From assembly GCA_046546355.1 (NCBI GenBank), contig JBKGXZ010000001.1, positions 46,787 to 110,786 of the forward strand: DNA of 64,000 bases, read 5' to 3'. Source of the stretch: Desulfohalobiaceae bacterium (GTDB lineage Bacteria > Desulfobacterota > Desulfovibrionia > Desulfovibrionales > Desulfothermaceae). Position 1 is the stretch's first letter. Each line of letters starts with the position of its first letter. Positions 38,167 to 47,381 of this stretch are shown here, in pieces. Under the pieces are notes generated by a model, which saw only the letters and a program-made list of their open reading frames with translations, was not told where the DNA came from and did not search any database. Both the position numbers and the translations under genes were made by a program.

Positions 38167-38899
38167 TTTCTGCCAGCCTGAACAAAAGCTCGGTGTTGTC
38201 CGGAAAGGCCTCTGCTGCCTGGCGTAGCCATTTAACGGCCTTCTGCTTTTCTCCTTGCTCCTGCAGGAGGTCCACCAGCTGCTCGTAAGCAGGCAGGTAT
38301 CTCCAGTTCAGATCCACAGCCTGTTTGGCAAAGTCCAGGGCCTTTTCCGGCTCATTTTGCTCTCTGTAGAGTCTGCTCAGGTTGTAGGCCGGGTACTCCG
38401 GAGTCAGGTAAGTTTCTAGCTCCAGGGCCTTGTGGAAGGCAGTCTCAGCCTCGGAGTATTCCTCGCAGGCTGCATGGGCTTGGCCCAGATTGTTCCAGGC
38501 CTCTGCGTAATCCGGTTTGAGATCCACTGCCTGCTGCAGGTGCCTGGTGGCCTTGCTGCAGTTATCCAGGGCAGTGTAGGTCACTCCCAGCAGGAATTGA
38601 TACTCAGGGATTTTCCCGGCCCTTTTCTGCAGGGGCAGCAGCTCTCGCAGGCTCTTTCTGGGCTCTTCCGGTAAGTAGGAGTTGGCCAGATCCAGGTGGG
38701 CCTGGATGTCCCTGGGCGGGGAGTTCTCGCTGCCAGAGCCTGTGGCGCAGCCCAGGAGCAAAAGGCTAAGTAGCAGGAGGAGCAACCCTGCACGCGGTGT
38801 TCTGCAGGGCCGTGATGCAGGGGATTCTGCCTGGGCTGGGCCAGGACTGCTCTGCGTGCCGCCCCCTTGGCCAGGGAGCTGCGTTCTGGGTCTGATCAT
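38045..38899 (-). CDS. TPR-repeat lipoprotein
   Basis: Lipobox LLLLGC after a long basic/Pro-rich N-region, followed by several TPR units (AEAWNNLGQAHAACEEYSEAETAFHKALEL and others). Confidence 0.65.
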   Translation of the reverse strand: MIRPRTQLPGQGGGTQSSPGPAQAESPASRPCRTPRAGLLLLLLSLLLLGCATGSGSENSPPRDIQAHLDLANSYLPEEPRKSLRELLPLQKRAGKIPEYQFLLGVTYTALDNCSKATRHLQQAVDLKPDYAEAWNNLGQAHAACEEYSEAETAFHKALELETYLTPEYPAYNLSRLYREQNEPEKALDFAKQAVDLNWRYLPAYEQLVDLLQEQGEKQKAVKWLRQAAEAFPDNTELLFRLAENELRLGNTEQARSWLQRILEVEPDSSTAQMARDYLDLMQE

Positions 38900-38900
38900 C

Positions 38901-39782
38901 CTAAATCACTTTATTCAGGGGGTACTCTATTATGCCCTCTGCGCCCATGGTTTGCAGTCTGGGAATCAGATCCCGGACCGTGGACTCCTCCACCACGATT
39001 TCCAGGGAGATCCAGTCTCCGTGATAGAGATCCGCCATGGTGGGTGAGGTCAGGCTGGGCAGGATCTGCAGCACCTGGTCCAGGTCCTTTTTGGGGACAT
39101 TCATCTTCAGGCCTACCATGCGCTCTGCTTTGAGCGCGCCCTGGAGCAGGGTGGTCATTTGCTGGATCTTTTCCCTCTTCCAGGACTGCTCCCAGGCCTG
39201 GGGACTAGCGATGATCTGGGTGGAGGTCTGCAGGAGCTCTGCAATTATGCGCAGGCCATGGGCCTTGATAGTGGTCCCGGTCTCGGTGACCTCCACAATG
39301 GCGTCTGCCAGTCCGGAAACCACCTTGGCCTCAGTGGCTCCCCAGGAGAACTCCACCTCCACCGGGACGTCTGCGGCCTGGAAGTACTTGCGGGTAAAGT
39401 TTTCCAGCTCGGTGGCTATCTTCTTGCCAGCCAGATCTTCAGGCCGCCTGTACGGAGAATCCCCTCCAACTGCCAGTACCCAGCGCGCAGGCCGGTTGCT
39501 GCTTTTGGAGTAGACCATCTCTGCGACAGTCACCACCTGGGCTTCATTCTCCAGGATCCAGTCCCTGCCTGTGAGGCCCATGTCCAAGGTGCCGTCCTCA
39601 ACATAGACAGGCATTTCCTGGGCCCGGCACAGACTGCACTGGATCTGGGGGTCATTGATATCCGGGAAGTAGTTGCGGTGGTGCAGGTTTATCTTCCATC
39701 CGGAGTTTGCGAAGAGCTTGATAGTGGCATCCTGCAGGGAGCCCTTGGGAATACCCAGCTTGAGAACATCTGCTTGGGTCAT
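38901..39782 (-). CDS. hisG: ATP phosphoribosyltransferase (long form)
   Basis: 293 aa. LGIPKGSL N-terminus, the catalytic region and the C-terminal regulatory domain typical of long-form HisG. Confidence 0.9.
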   Translation of the reverse strand: MTQADVLKLGIPKGSLQDATIKLFANSGWKINLHHRNYFPDINDPQIQCSLCRAQEMPVYVEDGTLDMGLTGRDWILENEAQVVTVAEMVYSKSSNRPARWVLAVGGDSPYRRPEDLAGKKIATELENFTRKYFQAADVPVEVEFSWGATEAKVVSGLADAIVEVTETGTTIKAHGLRIIAELLQTSTQIIASPQAWEQSWKREKIQQMTTLLQGALKAERMVGLKMNVPKKDLDQVLQILPSLTSPTMADLYHGDWISLEIVVEESTVRDLIPRLQTMGAEGIIEYPLNKVI

Positions 39783-40166
39783 TTACTTGTAAACCTCCTG
39801 GGGATCAAAAATTTTGGCAGAGCAGACCCTGACGTGCTCCTGGTCAGGGTCAAGCTCCTGGAAAAAGCAGCTCTGATAGCCTTTGTGACAGGCCGCACCT
39901 CCCAGCTGCTCCACCAGGAGCAAAATGGTGTCCTGGTCGCAGTCCAGGCGCAGGGCTTGCACCAGCTGCAAGTGTCCGGAGCTCTCTCCTTTTTGCCAGA
40001 TCTTGTTCCTGCTGCGGCTGAAGAAGTGGGCCCTGCGCGTGGACTGGGTCAGTTCCCAGGCCTGGCGGTCCATATAAGCCAGCATTAGGACTTCTTTGCT
40101 TTCCGCGTCTTGGACGATGGCCGGAAGCAGGCCTGTTTGGGATTTTGAGAAATCAGGCTCCAGCAT
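39783..40166 (-). CDS. hisI: phosphoribosyl-AMP cyclohydrolase
   Basis: [27 protein letters not shown] and CDQDT motifs. The stop abuts the hisG start. Confidence 0.9.
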   Translation of the reverse strand: MLEPDFSKSQTGLLPAIVQDAESKEVLMLAYMDRQAWELTQSTRRAHFFSRSRNKIWQKGESSGHLQLVQALRLDCDQDTILLLVEQLGGAACHKGYQSCFFQELDPDQEHVRVCSAKIFDPQEVYK

Positions 40167-40191
40167 GACGCTTCCCTCGCTGTGGTTTTGT

Positions 40192-41274
40192 TTAGCCCTG
40201 GGCGGCAGCGCCTGTCTCAGGCTGTGCTGCAGATTTTTTGCTCTTAAGCTGCCCGCAGGCTGCGCTTATATCCCTGCCTTTGCTCTTGCGCAGTATCACT
40301 GTGTGGTTCTTTTGCCATAAAAAACGCTCAAAAGCCAGGATCCTCTCCTGCTCAGGGGCTGCATAGGGCAGATCCGAAGCAGGGTTGTAGGCGATCAGGT
40401 TCAGTTTGCTGGGCATTACAGACAGGATCCTGTTCATCTCCCTGGCCTGCTGCAGACTGTCGTTTATATCCCGGATCAGGATGTACTCGAAAGTGATCCT
40501 CTCCCTGGGCTGCAGGGGCAGCTCCTGCAGGTCATGCAGCAGCTGGGGCAGGGGATACATCTGGGCTGCCTTGGGCATCAGCCGTAGCCTGAGCTCCTGG
40601 CTTGGGGCATGCAGGGACAGGGCCAGCGACGCCAGCCTGCTCTCAGCCAGCTCCTGCAGCCTGCCGGGCACGCCCACGCTTGAAACTGTGGTCCTGCGCC
40701 TGGAAAATCCCAGGCCCTGGGGGTCTCGGATGACTTCCAGGCTCTTTTTGACCTGTTTCCAGTTGAGCAGCGGCTCGCCCATGCCCATGAATACCAGATT
40801 GCGCAAAGGCAAAGGGTTTTGGCTTTGCTGCAGGAAGCTTTGGGCCTGCAGGATCTGCCCCAGGATCTCTGCAGAGCTCAAACTGCGGGCCAAGCCCATC
40901 TGTCCGGTGCTGCAGAAGCTGCAGCCCAGGCTGCAGCCTGCCTGGGAGGAGAGGCAAAGGGTATAGTGATCCCGCTCCGGGATGAGCACGCTCTCTAGCA
41001 AATGACCATCGGCAAGTGCAAGCAGAAATTTTATAGTCCCGTCCTGGCTTTGCAGGCAGCTGCTCAACTGGGGCTGGTCCAGGCAAAAATCCAGCTCCAG
41101 GCGCTGCCGCAAGGCTTTGCTGATATTGGTCATGTCCTGGAAGCTGTGGGCCTTCTTCTGCCAAATCCACTGCCAGAGCTGTTTGGCCCTGAAGGCAGGC
41201 TCACCCATCTGCTGCAGGCGCAGCTGCAGTTCCTGCAGGCTGAATTCGAGCAGGTTTTGTTTGTCAGCCAGCAT
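40192..41274 (-). CDS. rlmN: 23S rRNA/tRNA adenine-C2 methyltransferase RlmN (radical SAM)
   Basis: [18 protein letters not shown] cluster, [10 protein letters not shown] and the C-terminal catalytic Cys (ISAACGQL). Confidence 0.9.
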   Translation of the reverse strand: MLADKQNLLEFSLQELQLRLQQMGEPAFRAKQLWQWIWQKKAHSFQDMTNISKALRQRLELDFCLDQPQLSSCLQSQDGTIKFLLALADGHLLESVLIPERDHYTLCLSSQAGCSLGCSFCSTGQMGLARSLSSAEILGQILQAQSFLQQSQNPLPLRNLVFMGMGEPLLNWKQVKKSLEVIRDPQGLGFSRRRTTVSSVGVPGRLQELAESRLASLALSLHAPSQELRLRLMPKAAQMYPLPQLLHDLQELPLQPRERITFEYILIRDINDSLQQAREMNRILSVMPSKLNLIAYNPASDLPYAAPEQERILAFERFLWQKNHTVILRKSKGRDISAACGQLKSKKSAAQPETGAAAQG

Positions 41275-41451
41275 ATTGATTTAACAAGTTAAACCGTGGG
41301 TGCCGACAAGCGAACAATAGGCATTTGGCTCGGAAGTAGGAGCTTTCTCCTGCCAAGTAGGTGCGGCTGCTACCTGGCAGGATTGCTAAAAAGCCTGTTT
41401 TGGACATGCTTGGCATTCCTGGCCTTCATCCTGAAGGCCAAAGCACTAGGC

Positions 41452-41664
41452 TCAGGAAAAGCCTGCGGCAGGGCTGCATCCGGAAAGCCCTGCCGGAGCC
41501 GAATCATCAGAGCCTGCCACTCGGCCCTTGACTGCTGACAGCAGCTGTTTGACCTGCTTGCTCTGGCACTGGGGACAGGTTACATTGCTGGTTTCCTGGG
41601 AGCTGCGCAGCAGCTCTTCAAAAAGCGAGCCGCAGTCCTGGCACCTAAAGTCGTGCAGGATCAT
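41452..41664 (-). CDS. FmdB-family putative regulatory zinc-ribbon protein
   Basis: 70 aa. FRCQDCG ... CPQC zinc ribbon. AGGAGG RBS upstream. Confidence 0.7.
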   Translation of the reverse strand: MILHDFRCQDCGSLFEELLRSSQETSNVTCPQCQSKQVKQLLSAVKGRVAGSDDSAPAGLSGCSPAAGFS

Positions 41665-41837
41665 AGGGTTTATCCTCCTTTTTTTTGCTGATTCGAAACT
41701 GCAGCTCTGGGCTGCAGTATCAAGCTGCTTATAGGAGCTATAATGGACAGTTTGCTGACCATGTCAAGGCCAAGGCTGCAGAAGTTTCACCGGCCCTGCC
41801 CTGGGGCTGCAGGAACGGGCAATGGGGGCAGTCTGAA

Positions 41838-42914
41838 ATGAGCCTGGAAAAGGGCGCACTGCAATTTTGGCAGCAAAGACTGCAAGCTTTGCTTTTGCCT
41901 GGAGCGGCTGTTTACTCCGCAGGCATGGCGCTGCGGGCAGCAGCTTACCGCAGGGGCTGGCTGGATTCCTGGAGGCCACCTGTGCCCTGCATATCCGTAG
42001 GCAACATATGTTCCGGAGGCAGCGGCAAGACCCAGGTCTGCGCCTGGCTCCTGAACTGGGCCCTGCAGCAGGGACTGCAGCCGCTGCTGCTGAGCAGGGG
42101 GTATAAGGGCAGACCCAAGGAGCTGCCCCTGCAGGTCACCCTGCAGACACTGCCGGAGGAGAGCGGGGACGAGCCCCTGATGCTGGCCAGGCAATTCCCA
42201 GGGGCTTATATAATGGTGGATCCCAGGCGCAAAAGGGCCGGAAGCTGGATCCTGAACCGGAAGAAGGCAGATATTTGTTTCCTGGATGACGGCTTCCAGC
42301 ATCTGGCAGTAAAGCGGGACCTGGATTTGCTCCTGTTGAGGCCCCAGGATCTGGGCAGGGATTGGGGTCGGGTATTGCCCCAGGGGTCCTGGCGGGAAGG
42401 CACCAGGGCCTTGGGCAGGGCTTCTGCCTTTTTGCTCAAGGCAGAACCAGCCAGGTTCCAGGAGCTTGTTCCGCAGCTGCGGAAGTGCCTGGGGGAGCTG
42501 CACAAGCCGGTATTCAGCTTTGCGCCCAGAATAAAGGGTCTGCTGCGCCTTATGGATGGGTACCGGCTGGGTCCCCAGCAGTGGGAGGGGGATTATGTGC
42601 TGCTGTCTGCAGTGGGGGATCCGCAAAGCGTTCTGCAGAGTGTAAGCACTAGCCTGGGACAGCAGCCTGTCCGGCATTATGCTTTCCAGGACCACGCCTT
42701 CTTTTCTCCGCAAAGCTGGCGTAAGGTGCTAGGCAGGGCAAAGTCCCAGGGAGCCCAGATAGTCTGCACCCCCAAGGATGCGGTCAAGCTGGAGGCTTTT
42801 GCTTCTGATAGGCTATGGACAGTGGAGCTGGGGCTGGAGTTCGGCCCCGGCCTGTTTACTGCACACAGCTTTGAACAGTGGCTGCAGGAAAGCTTTGCTT
42901 CCCTGCGGGCTTAA
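41838..42914 (+). CDS. lpxK: tetraacyldisaccharide 4'-kinase
   Basis: P-loop VGNICSGGSGKT and GDEP motifs. The first 51 codons of the ORF track look spurious, so the start is set at ATG 41838. Confidence 0.8.
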   Translation: MSLEKGALQFWQQRLQALLLPGAAVYSAGMALRAAAYRRGWLDSWRPPVPCISVGNICSGGSGKTQVCAWLLNWALQQGLQPLLLSRGYKGRPKELPLQVTLQTLPEESGDEPLMLARQFPGAYIMVDPRRKRAGSWILNRKKADICFLDDGFQHLAVKRDLDLLLLRPQDLGRDWGRVLPQGSWREGTRALGRASAFLLKAEPARFQELVPQLRKCLGELHKPVFSFAPRIKGLLRLMDGYRLGPQQWEGDYVLLSAVGDPQSVLQSVSTSLGQQPVRHYAFQDHAFFSPQSWRKVLGRAKSQGAQIVCTPKDAVKLEAFASDRLWTVELGLEFGPGLFTAHSFEQWLQESFASLRA

Positions 42915-42935
42915 GCCAGGGCAGGGGAAGGCTGC

Positions 42936-43670
42936 TTAAGGCTCAGCGGCCTCAAGTCCAAGAGGCGGCCCTGCTATCTGCAGCAGGGTCAGACTGCAAA
43001 GCTGCCGGTTCCAGTAGAACCGCAGCTGAGTTCCTGCCAGGGGCCGGAGCCTGGACTGCAGCTCCTGCAGCTCTTCTGCCTCCGGCTGCAGGCTGCCCAT
43101 AAACAGGGCTGCGCAGGCCAGGATGTAGCCGTCCTGGTCTTCCTGAGCCAGGCAGGACATAAAGGTGGGCTTGCAGGCTGCAAACAGCTCTGGATTGGCT
43201 TGAGCCAGCCTGGCCAGGCCCCAGTAGGCACCTCTGCGCAAAGGAGTGTATTCCAGGAAGTTGCCTGGTTCATATCCGGGATTGATAAAGGACAACAGGA
43301 TCCTGTGATATTCCAGGGCCAGCTGCTGGCTGCAGGCCTGGATCTCGCCCAGAGCCTCAGGGGCGCCCCAGCCTATGCCTCCGGACTCGTCGTTCAGGCT
43401 CCAGGTCAGCCTGCGCAGCACCACTCTGGCAGCCTCCAGGCCCTGCTCCTGGATCAGCCTGGACACCACCTGGCCCAAGCTGGAGATACCCCTCCAGCGC
43501 AAAAGATCCGAGCTTGCACACAGGGTGCCGAACAAAGGAGAAATCAGCCTCCTGGCAGGTACTTGGCTTAGTCGCTGCAGTTCCTGTTCCCAGTTTTCCA
43601 GGGAGAGCGTCAGATAAAGGTGGGATTTGAGCTGTCTGCCGCTTTTATGCTGAATATCCTGTTCTGACAA
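42936..43670 (-). CDS. hypothetical Leu/Ala-rich (probably helical repeat) protein downstream of dfx-rub
   Basis: The ORF track (42936..43856) begins inside rubredoxin in another frame. An in-frame TTG at 43670 is preceded by AGGAGG (43682..43677) with a 6-nt spacer, 65 nt after the rub stop. I see no recognisable catalytic motif. Confidence 0.55.
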   Translation of the reverse strand: MSEQDIQHKSGRQLKSHLYLTLSLENWEQELQRLSQVPARRLISPLFGTLCASSDLLRWRGISSLGQVVSRLIQEQGLEAARVVLRRLTWSLNDESGGIGWGAPEALGEIQACSQQLALEYHRILLSFINPGYEPGNFLEYTPLRRGAYWGLARLAQANPELFAACKPTFMSCLAQEDQDGYILACAALFMGSLQPEAEELQELQSRLRPLAGTQLRFYWNRQLCSLTLLQIAGPPLGLEAAEP

Positions 43671-43734
43671 GCCTGGCCTCCTGGGGGCGGCCCGGGGCAG
43701 GCTGCTGCTGTGCAGCCCGCCCCAGATCCAGTTT

Positions 43735-43893
43735 TTATTCCGGGGAGAACTCGTCCTTCCCGGCTCCGCAAATCGGACAGACCCAGTCTTCAGGTAGGTC
43801 CTCGAACTTGGTCCCAGCCGGGATGTTATTGTCCGGATCCCCTGCCTCAGGGTCATAGATATAGCCGCAGACTCCGCATACCCATCTTTGCAT
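43735..43893 (-). CDS. rub: rubredoxin
   Basis: Not in the ORF track because it is only 52 aa. Hand translation gives [52 protein letters not shown], with the canonical CxxCG and CPxCG motifs. Confidence 0.9.
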   Translation of the reverse strand: MQRWVCGVCGYIYDPEAGDPDNNIPAGTKFEDLPEDWVCPICGAGKDEFSPE

Positions 43894-43923
43894 TTTTTTC
43901 CCTCCTGTGATCAGGCGTTAGAT

Positions 43924-44304
43924 TTAGGCCTTAGCTTCCCAAAGCCCGTGGATATTGCAGTACTCCCTGGCCATGACCTGCTGGGCCTGGATACAGAACT
44001 CAGCCTCGGGCTGCTCACCGGGCTGCAGGAATTTGCGATAGGCTATGCCATCGGCTACCAGCTCCACCCATTCAATATAATGCTTCTCCTCCATGGGATG
44101 GGCCACTGAGCCTACCTTGACCTTATAGCCCTGGTCTGTCTTTTCCAGTACCGGAACGTGCTTTTCCTGAGCCGCGTCTACTGTGCCGGCCTGGATCAGC
44201 TGCATGGGCTGCCCGCAACAGACTAGCTCTCCAGCTCCGCCATGCAGAACTTCTACAATGTTGCCGCACACATTGCACTTGTAAATTTCCAGTTGCTTAG
44301 CCAT
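43924..44304 (-). CDS. dfx: desulfoferrodoxin (2Fe superoxide reductase)
   Basis: N-terminal desulforedoxin-like CNVCGN...CCGQPM motif and a C-terminal centre II region (HVPV...[11 protein letters not shown]...CNIHGLW). AAGGAG RBS upstream. Confidence 0.9.
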   Translation of the reverse strand: MAKQLEIYKCNVCGNIVEVLHGGAGELVCCGQPMQLIQAGTVDAAQEKHVPVLEKTDQGYKVKVGSVAHPMEEKHYIEWVELVADGIAYRKFLQPGEQPEAEFCIQAQQVMAREYCNIHGLWEAKA

Positions 44305-44390
44305 GTCAATTTCTCCTTGTTTACAAATTTTTAGGATATCTCCAATATGCTTGATTTTTAGACTTAAATCAAGCCCAATTTGTCACTCAT

Positions 44391-44422
44391 AAAAATGATA
44401 ATGATTATTTTTTCTGTGTCAA
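44391..44422 (-). promoter_or_regulatory. candidate sigma70-type promoter of dfx overlapped by a Fur-family-like box
   Basis: On the minus strand: TTGACA (44422..44417), a 16-nt spacer, then TATCAT (44400..44395). The plus-strand sequence aaaaatgataatgattatt (44391..44409) matches the classical Fur consensus GATAATGATAATCATTATC at 15 of 19 positions by hand alignment. Confidence 0.4.
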
Positions 44423-44445
44423 GCTGAATCCTGCACGAGCCCGGG

Positions 44446-45558
44446 CTACTGCTTGAATACGAATCTGCGCATGGAGACATTTAGCACCAGCCCCAGCAAG
44501 CAGAAATTGAGCACAGTGGAGCTGCCCCCATAGCTCAAGAAAGGCAGGGGAATGCCCACTATAGGGGTCAGGCCCAGGACCATGGCCATGTTGATCAGGA
44601 TCTGCCAGTAGAAATAAAAGAATATTCCCAGGCAGAGGTAGCTGCCCAGGCTGTCCTTGGACTCCTGGATGATGCGCAGGATCTGCTGCAGGAAAGCACA
44701 GAACAGGGTCAGTAGCAAAAAGCAGCCGGCAAATCCCCATTCCTCCCCAAACACTGCCAGCACGAAGTCGGTGTGCTTCTCAGGCAAAAATCTGAGCTGG
44801 CTCTGGGTGCCTTCAAGGAAGCCTTTGCCCCACAACTGCCCGGAACCAATGGCGATTTGGGATTGGAGGATGTTGTATCCAGAGCCCAAGGGATCTGTCT
44901 CCGGGTTCAAGAAGCTAAAAATCCGCCTTTTTTGATAGTCATGCAGCAAGAACCAGCCCATGGGGGCCAGCACAGGCAAAACAAGAGCCAGGCAGAGATA
45001 GACCCCTTTTTGCAAGCCTTTATACAAGAGCATGCCGAAGAAGATGAGCAGGATATTCAGGCTGGAGCCCAGGTCTGGCTGCAGGACGATCAAAACGCAG
45101 GGCAAAAGCACCAGACCCAGGAGCTTGCCCAGGCAGGCCAGGTCCAGCTTGCCTGGGATCTTGGCCAGGAAGTAGGCAGTAAGCAGGATCACGCTGAGCT
45201 TGGCCAGCTCTGTGGGCTGGAAACTAACGAACTCCAGGGATATCCAGCGCTTGGAACCGAATCTGGCAGGCTCGAACAATAGCAGCCAGGTCAAAAGCAG
45301 AATACTGAGGCCGAAAAGGGGCCAGACCAGGCTCTTCAGATGCCGGTAGTCGAAGCTGAGGCAGACAAAAAGGCCCAGCAGGCCGGCAGCGCCCCAATAG
45401 AGCTGCTTTTTGTAGAAAGATACAGTAGCCAGACCCTGCTCCAGGCGCAGGGAGCTAGCGGAATACAGATTTAAAACTCCCAGAGCGAACAAAACCAGAC
45501 CCAGGAACAGCAGGGTCCAGTTAAAGTGGGAGAAAAGTCTGCGGTCAAAAGGGGACAT
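44446..45558 (-). CDS. rodA: rod shape-determining SEDS protein RodA
   Basis: FtsW/RodA/SpoVE-family multi-TM protein (HTDFVLAVFGEEWGF, PLPFLSYGGSS) downstream of mrdA. Confidence 0.9.
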   Translation of the reverse strand: MSPFDRRLFSHFNWTLLFLGLVLFALGVLNLYSASSLRLEQGLATVSFYKKQLYWGAAGLLGLFVCLSFDYRHLKSLVWPLFGLSILLLTWLLLFEPARFGSKRWISLEFVSFQPTELAKLSVILLTAYFLAKIPGKLDLACLGKLLGLVLLPCVLIVLQPDLGSSLNILLIFFGMLLYKGLQKGVYLCLALVLPVLAPMGWFLLHDYQKRRIFSFLNPETDPLGSGYNILQSQIAIGSGQLWGKGFLEGTQSQLRFLPEKHTDFVLAVFGEEWGFAGCFLLLTLFCAFLQQILRIIQESKDSLGSYLCLGIFFYFYWQILINMAMVLGLTPIVGIPLPFLSYGGSSTVLNFCLLGLVLNVSMRRFVFKQ

Positions 45559-45578
45559 TAGCTAACCTGCTGCCTGGA

Positions 45579-47381
45579 TCATTGCTTTGCGCTGCTTTGC
45601 TGTTCCTCGTGCAAAAAGAGATAGTCGTAAACCGATTTGACTATGGGCCCTGCAGCAGAGCTGCCCATGCCCCCGTGCTCCACCAGGGCCACCACCACAT
45701 AGTTCTCCTCTCCCTTCTGAGCGAAGCTGGCCATCCAGGCGTGGTGCCTGAATTGGTAGGGGATGTCCTCCTGGTCCTTGTCCTGGTGCTCTTCCATGAG
45801 CCTGATGACCTGGGCCGTACCTGTCTTGCCGCCTATTTGGATCCCTGGGGTCCGCAGTCTCCAGGCCGTGCCCTGGGGCTCCTGCACCGTGGCTATCATG
45901 GCCTCGCGCAGGATCTGCAGCTGCCTTTTTTCCAAGGGCAGCTCGGCCTGGAGCTGCGGTTCCTGGTCCTTTAACAGCTGGGGCTTATACAGCATGCCTC
46001 CGTTAATCAGGGCGGACACGTAGCGGGCGATCTGCAAAGGGGTGACCTGGGTATAGCCCTGTCCGATAGACATGTTGATGGTGTCCCCACCCTGCCACCT
46101 GGAGCCAAACCTGCGCAGCTTCCAGTCCTTGTTCGGTATAACTCCCTGGTTCTCATTGGGTATATCTATTCCGGTGCGGGCATGAAAACCGTAGTTCCTG
46201 GCGAAGCTGCTAATCTTTTCCACCCCCAGCTCCTCGCCCAGCTTGTAGAAGTACACGTCGCAGGATTGTTTCAGGGCTTCTTTCAGATCCACCCTGCCGT
46301 GTCCCTGCTTTTTCCAGCATCGAAATACTCCGTTGCCCACCCGGTACTTCCCGGAGCAATAAGCGGTATCTTCAGGCTTGACCTCGCGGTGCTCCAGGGC
46401 TGCTGCAGCCATTACCAGCTTGAATACAGATGCAGGGGGGTAAGTGCTCTGCAAACAGCGGTTTACTAATGGGTGCCTGGGATTGGAAAGGAAGCCTTGC
46501 CATCTCTGGCTGGAAACGCCGTGGGCAAAGAGGTTATTGTCAAATCCTGGCTTGCTGACCAGAGCCAGGACCTCTCCTGTGTCAGGGTCCAGGACGACCA
46601 GGGCCCCTGAATGGTCCTGGAGCTGGTGCCAGGCGAACTCCTGCAGGTCCAGGTCTATGCTCAGCTTTAGATCCTGACCTGGCTCTGGCTCCAGAAGCAC
46701 CTTCTCCTCCAGGGTCCTGCCCTGGGCATTAACCTGGAGCTGTTTCAAGCCCTTGCTGCCTCGCAGCTTGCTGTCAAAGGACTTCTCCAGGCCCTGCTTA
46801 CCCACATTGTCCCTGAGCCTCAAGTCAGAGTTCTCCTCCAGATCCTTTTCGTTCGCCTGGGCCACAAAGCCCAGCACAGGGGACAGCAGCTCGCCCTGGG
46901 GGTAGGTGCGCAGGGGCTTGGGCACGATACGTAGCCCGGACCAATCCATGAGCTGGGTCTCGATTCGGGCCAGCTCCTCGAACTCTAGTCTGGGGACCAG
47001 GATCTGTCTGGCAAAGGGCTTGACCCGCTGCTTATCCTGCTCAAACCTCTTTCGCAGCTGGGCATAGTCTTTTCCGGTCCACTGGCTGACCTGCTGCAGC
47101 GCTGCCTCTATATCAGTGCAGTCCTCCCTGACAATGGCCAGGCCATAGGCTGGCTGATTCTCTGCCAGGATTTTGCCGTGTCTGTCCCGGATCAGTCCCC
47201 GGGGGGCATGTATGGATTGCTGCCTGACTATATTATCCCTGGCCTTTTCTGCGTAGATGTCTGCTTTGTAGATCTGGAAATACCAAAGGCGCAGACCTAT
47301 TGCGCAAAACAGGGCCAGGATCAGTATCTGCAGCAAGACAACTCCGGATTTGCTTTCCTTGTCCCCTTGCTGGTCAAACAT
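45579..47381 (-). CDS. mrdA: penicillin-binding protein 2
   Basis: Transpeptidase motifs STYPPASVFK, SCD-type and KTGT(A). The ORF track starts at GTG 47387, but ATG 47381 has AAGG 6 nt upstream. Confidence 0.9.
   Translation of the reverse strand: MFDQQGDKESKSGVVLLQILILALFCAIGLRLWYFQIYKADIYAEKARDNIVRQQSIHAPRGLIRDRHGKILAENQPAYGLAIVREDCTDIEAALQQVSQWTGKDYAQLRKRFEQDKQRVKPFARQILVPRLEFEELARIETQLMDWSGLRIVPKPLRTYPQGELLSPVLGFVAQANEKDLEENSDLRLRDNVGKQGLEKSFDSKLRGSKGLKQLQVNAQGRTLEEKVLLEPEPGQDLKLSIDLDLQEFAWHQLQDHSGALVVLDPDTGEVLALVSKPGFDNNLFAHGVSSQRWQGFLSNPRHPLVNRCLQSTYPPASVFKLVMAAAALEHREVKPEDTAYCSGKYRVGNGVFRCWKKQGHGRVDLKEALKQSCDVYFYKLGEELGVEKISSFARNYGFHARTGIDIPNENQGVIPNKDWKLRRFGSRWQGGDTINMSIGQGYTQVTPLQIARYVSALINGGMLYKPQLLKDQEPQLQAELPLEKRQLQILREAMIATVQEPQGTAWRLRTPGIQIGGKTGTAQVIRLMEEHQDKDQEDIPYQFRHHAWMASFAQKGEENYVVVALVEHGGMGSSAAGPIVKSVYDYLFLHEEQQSSAKQ

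Noticed and set aside
44351-44372. TTGAT...ATCAA in the dfx leader as an FNR/CRP-family site.
   Set aside because: The FNR consensus is TTGAT-N4-ATCAA, whereas here the half-sites are 12 nt apart. I kept it only as an unexplained inverted repeat in the dfx finding.
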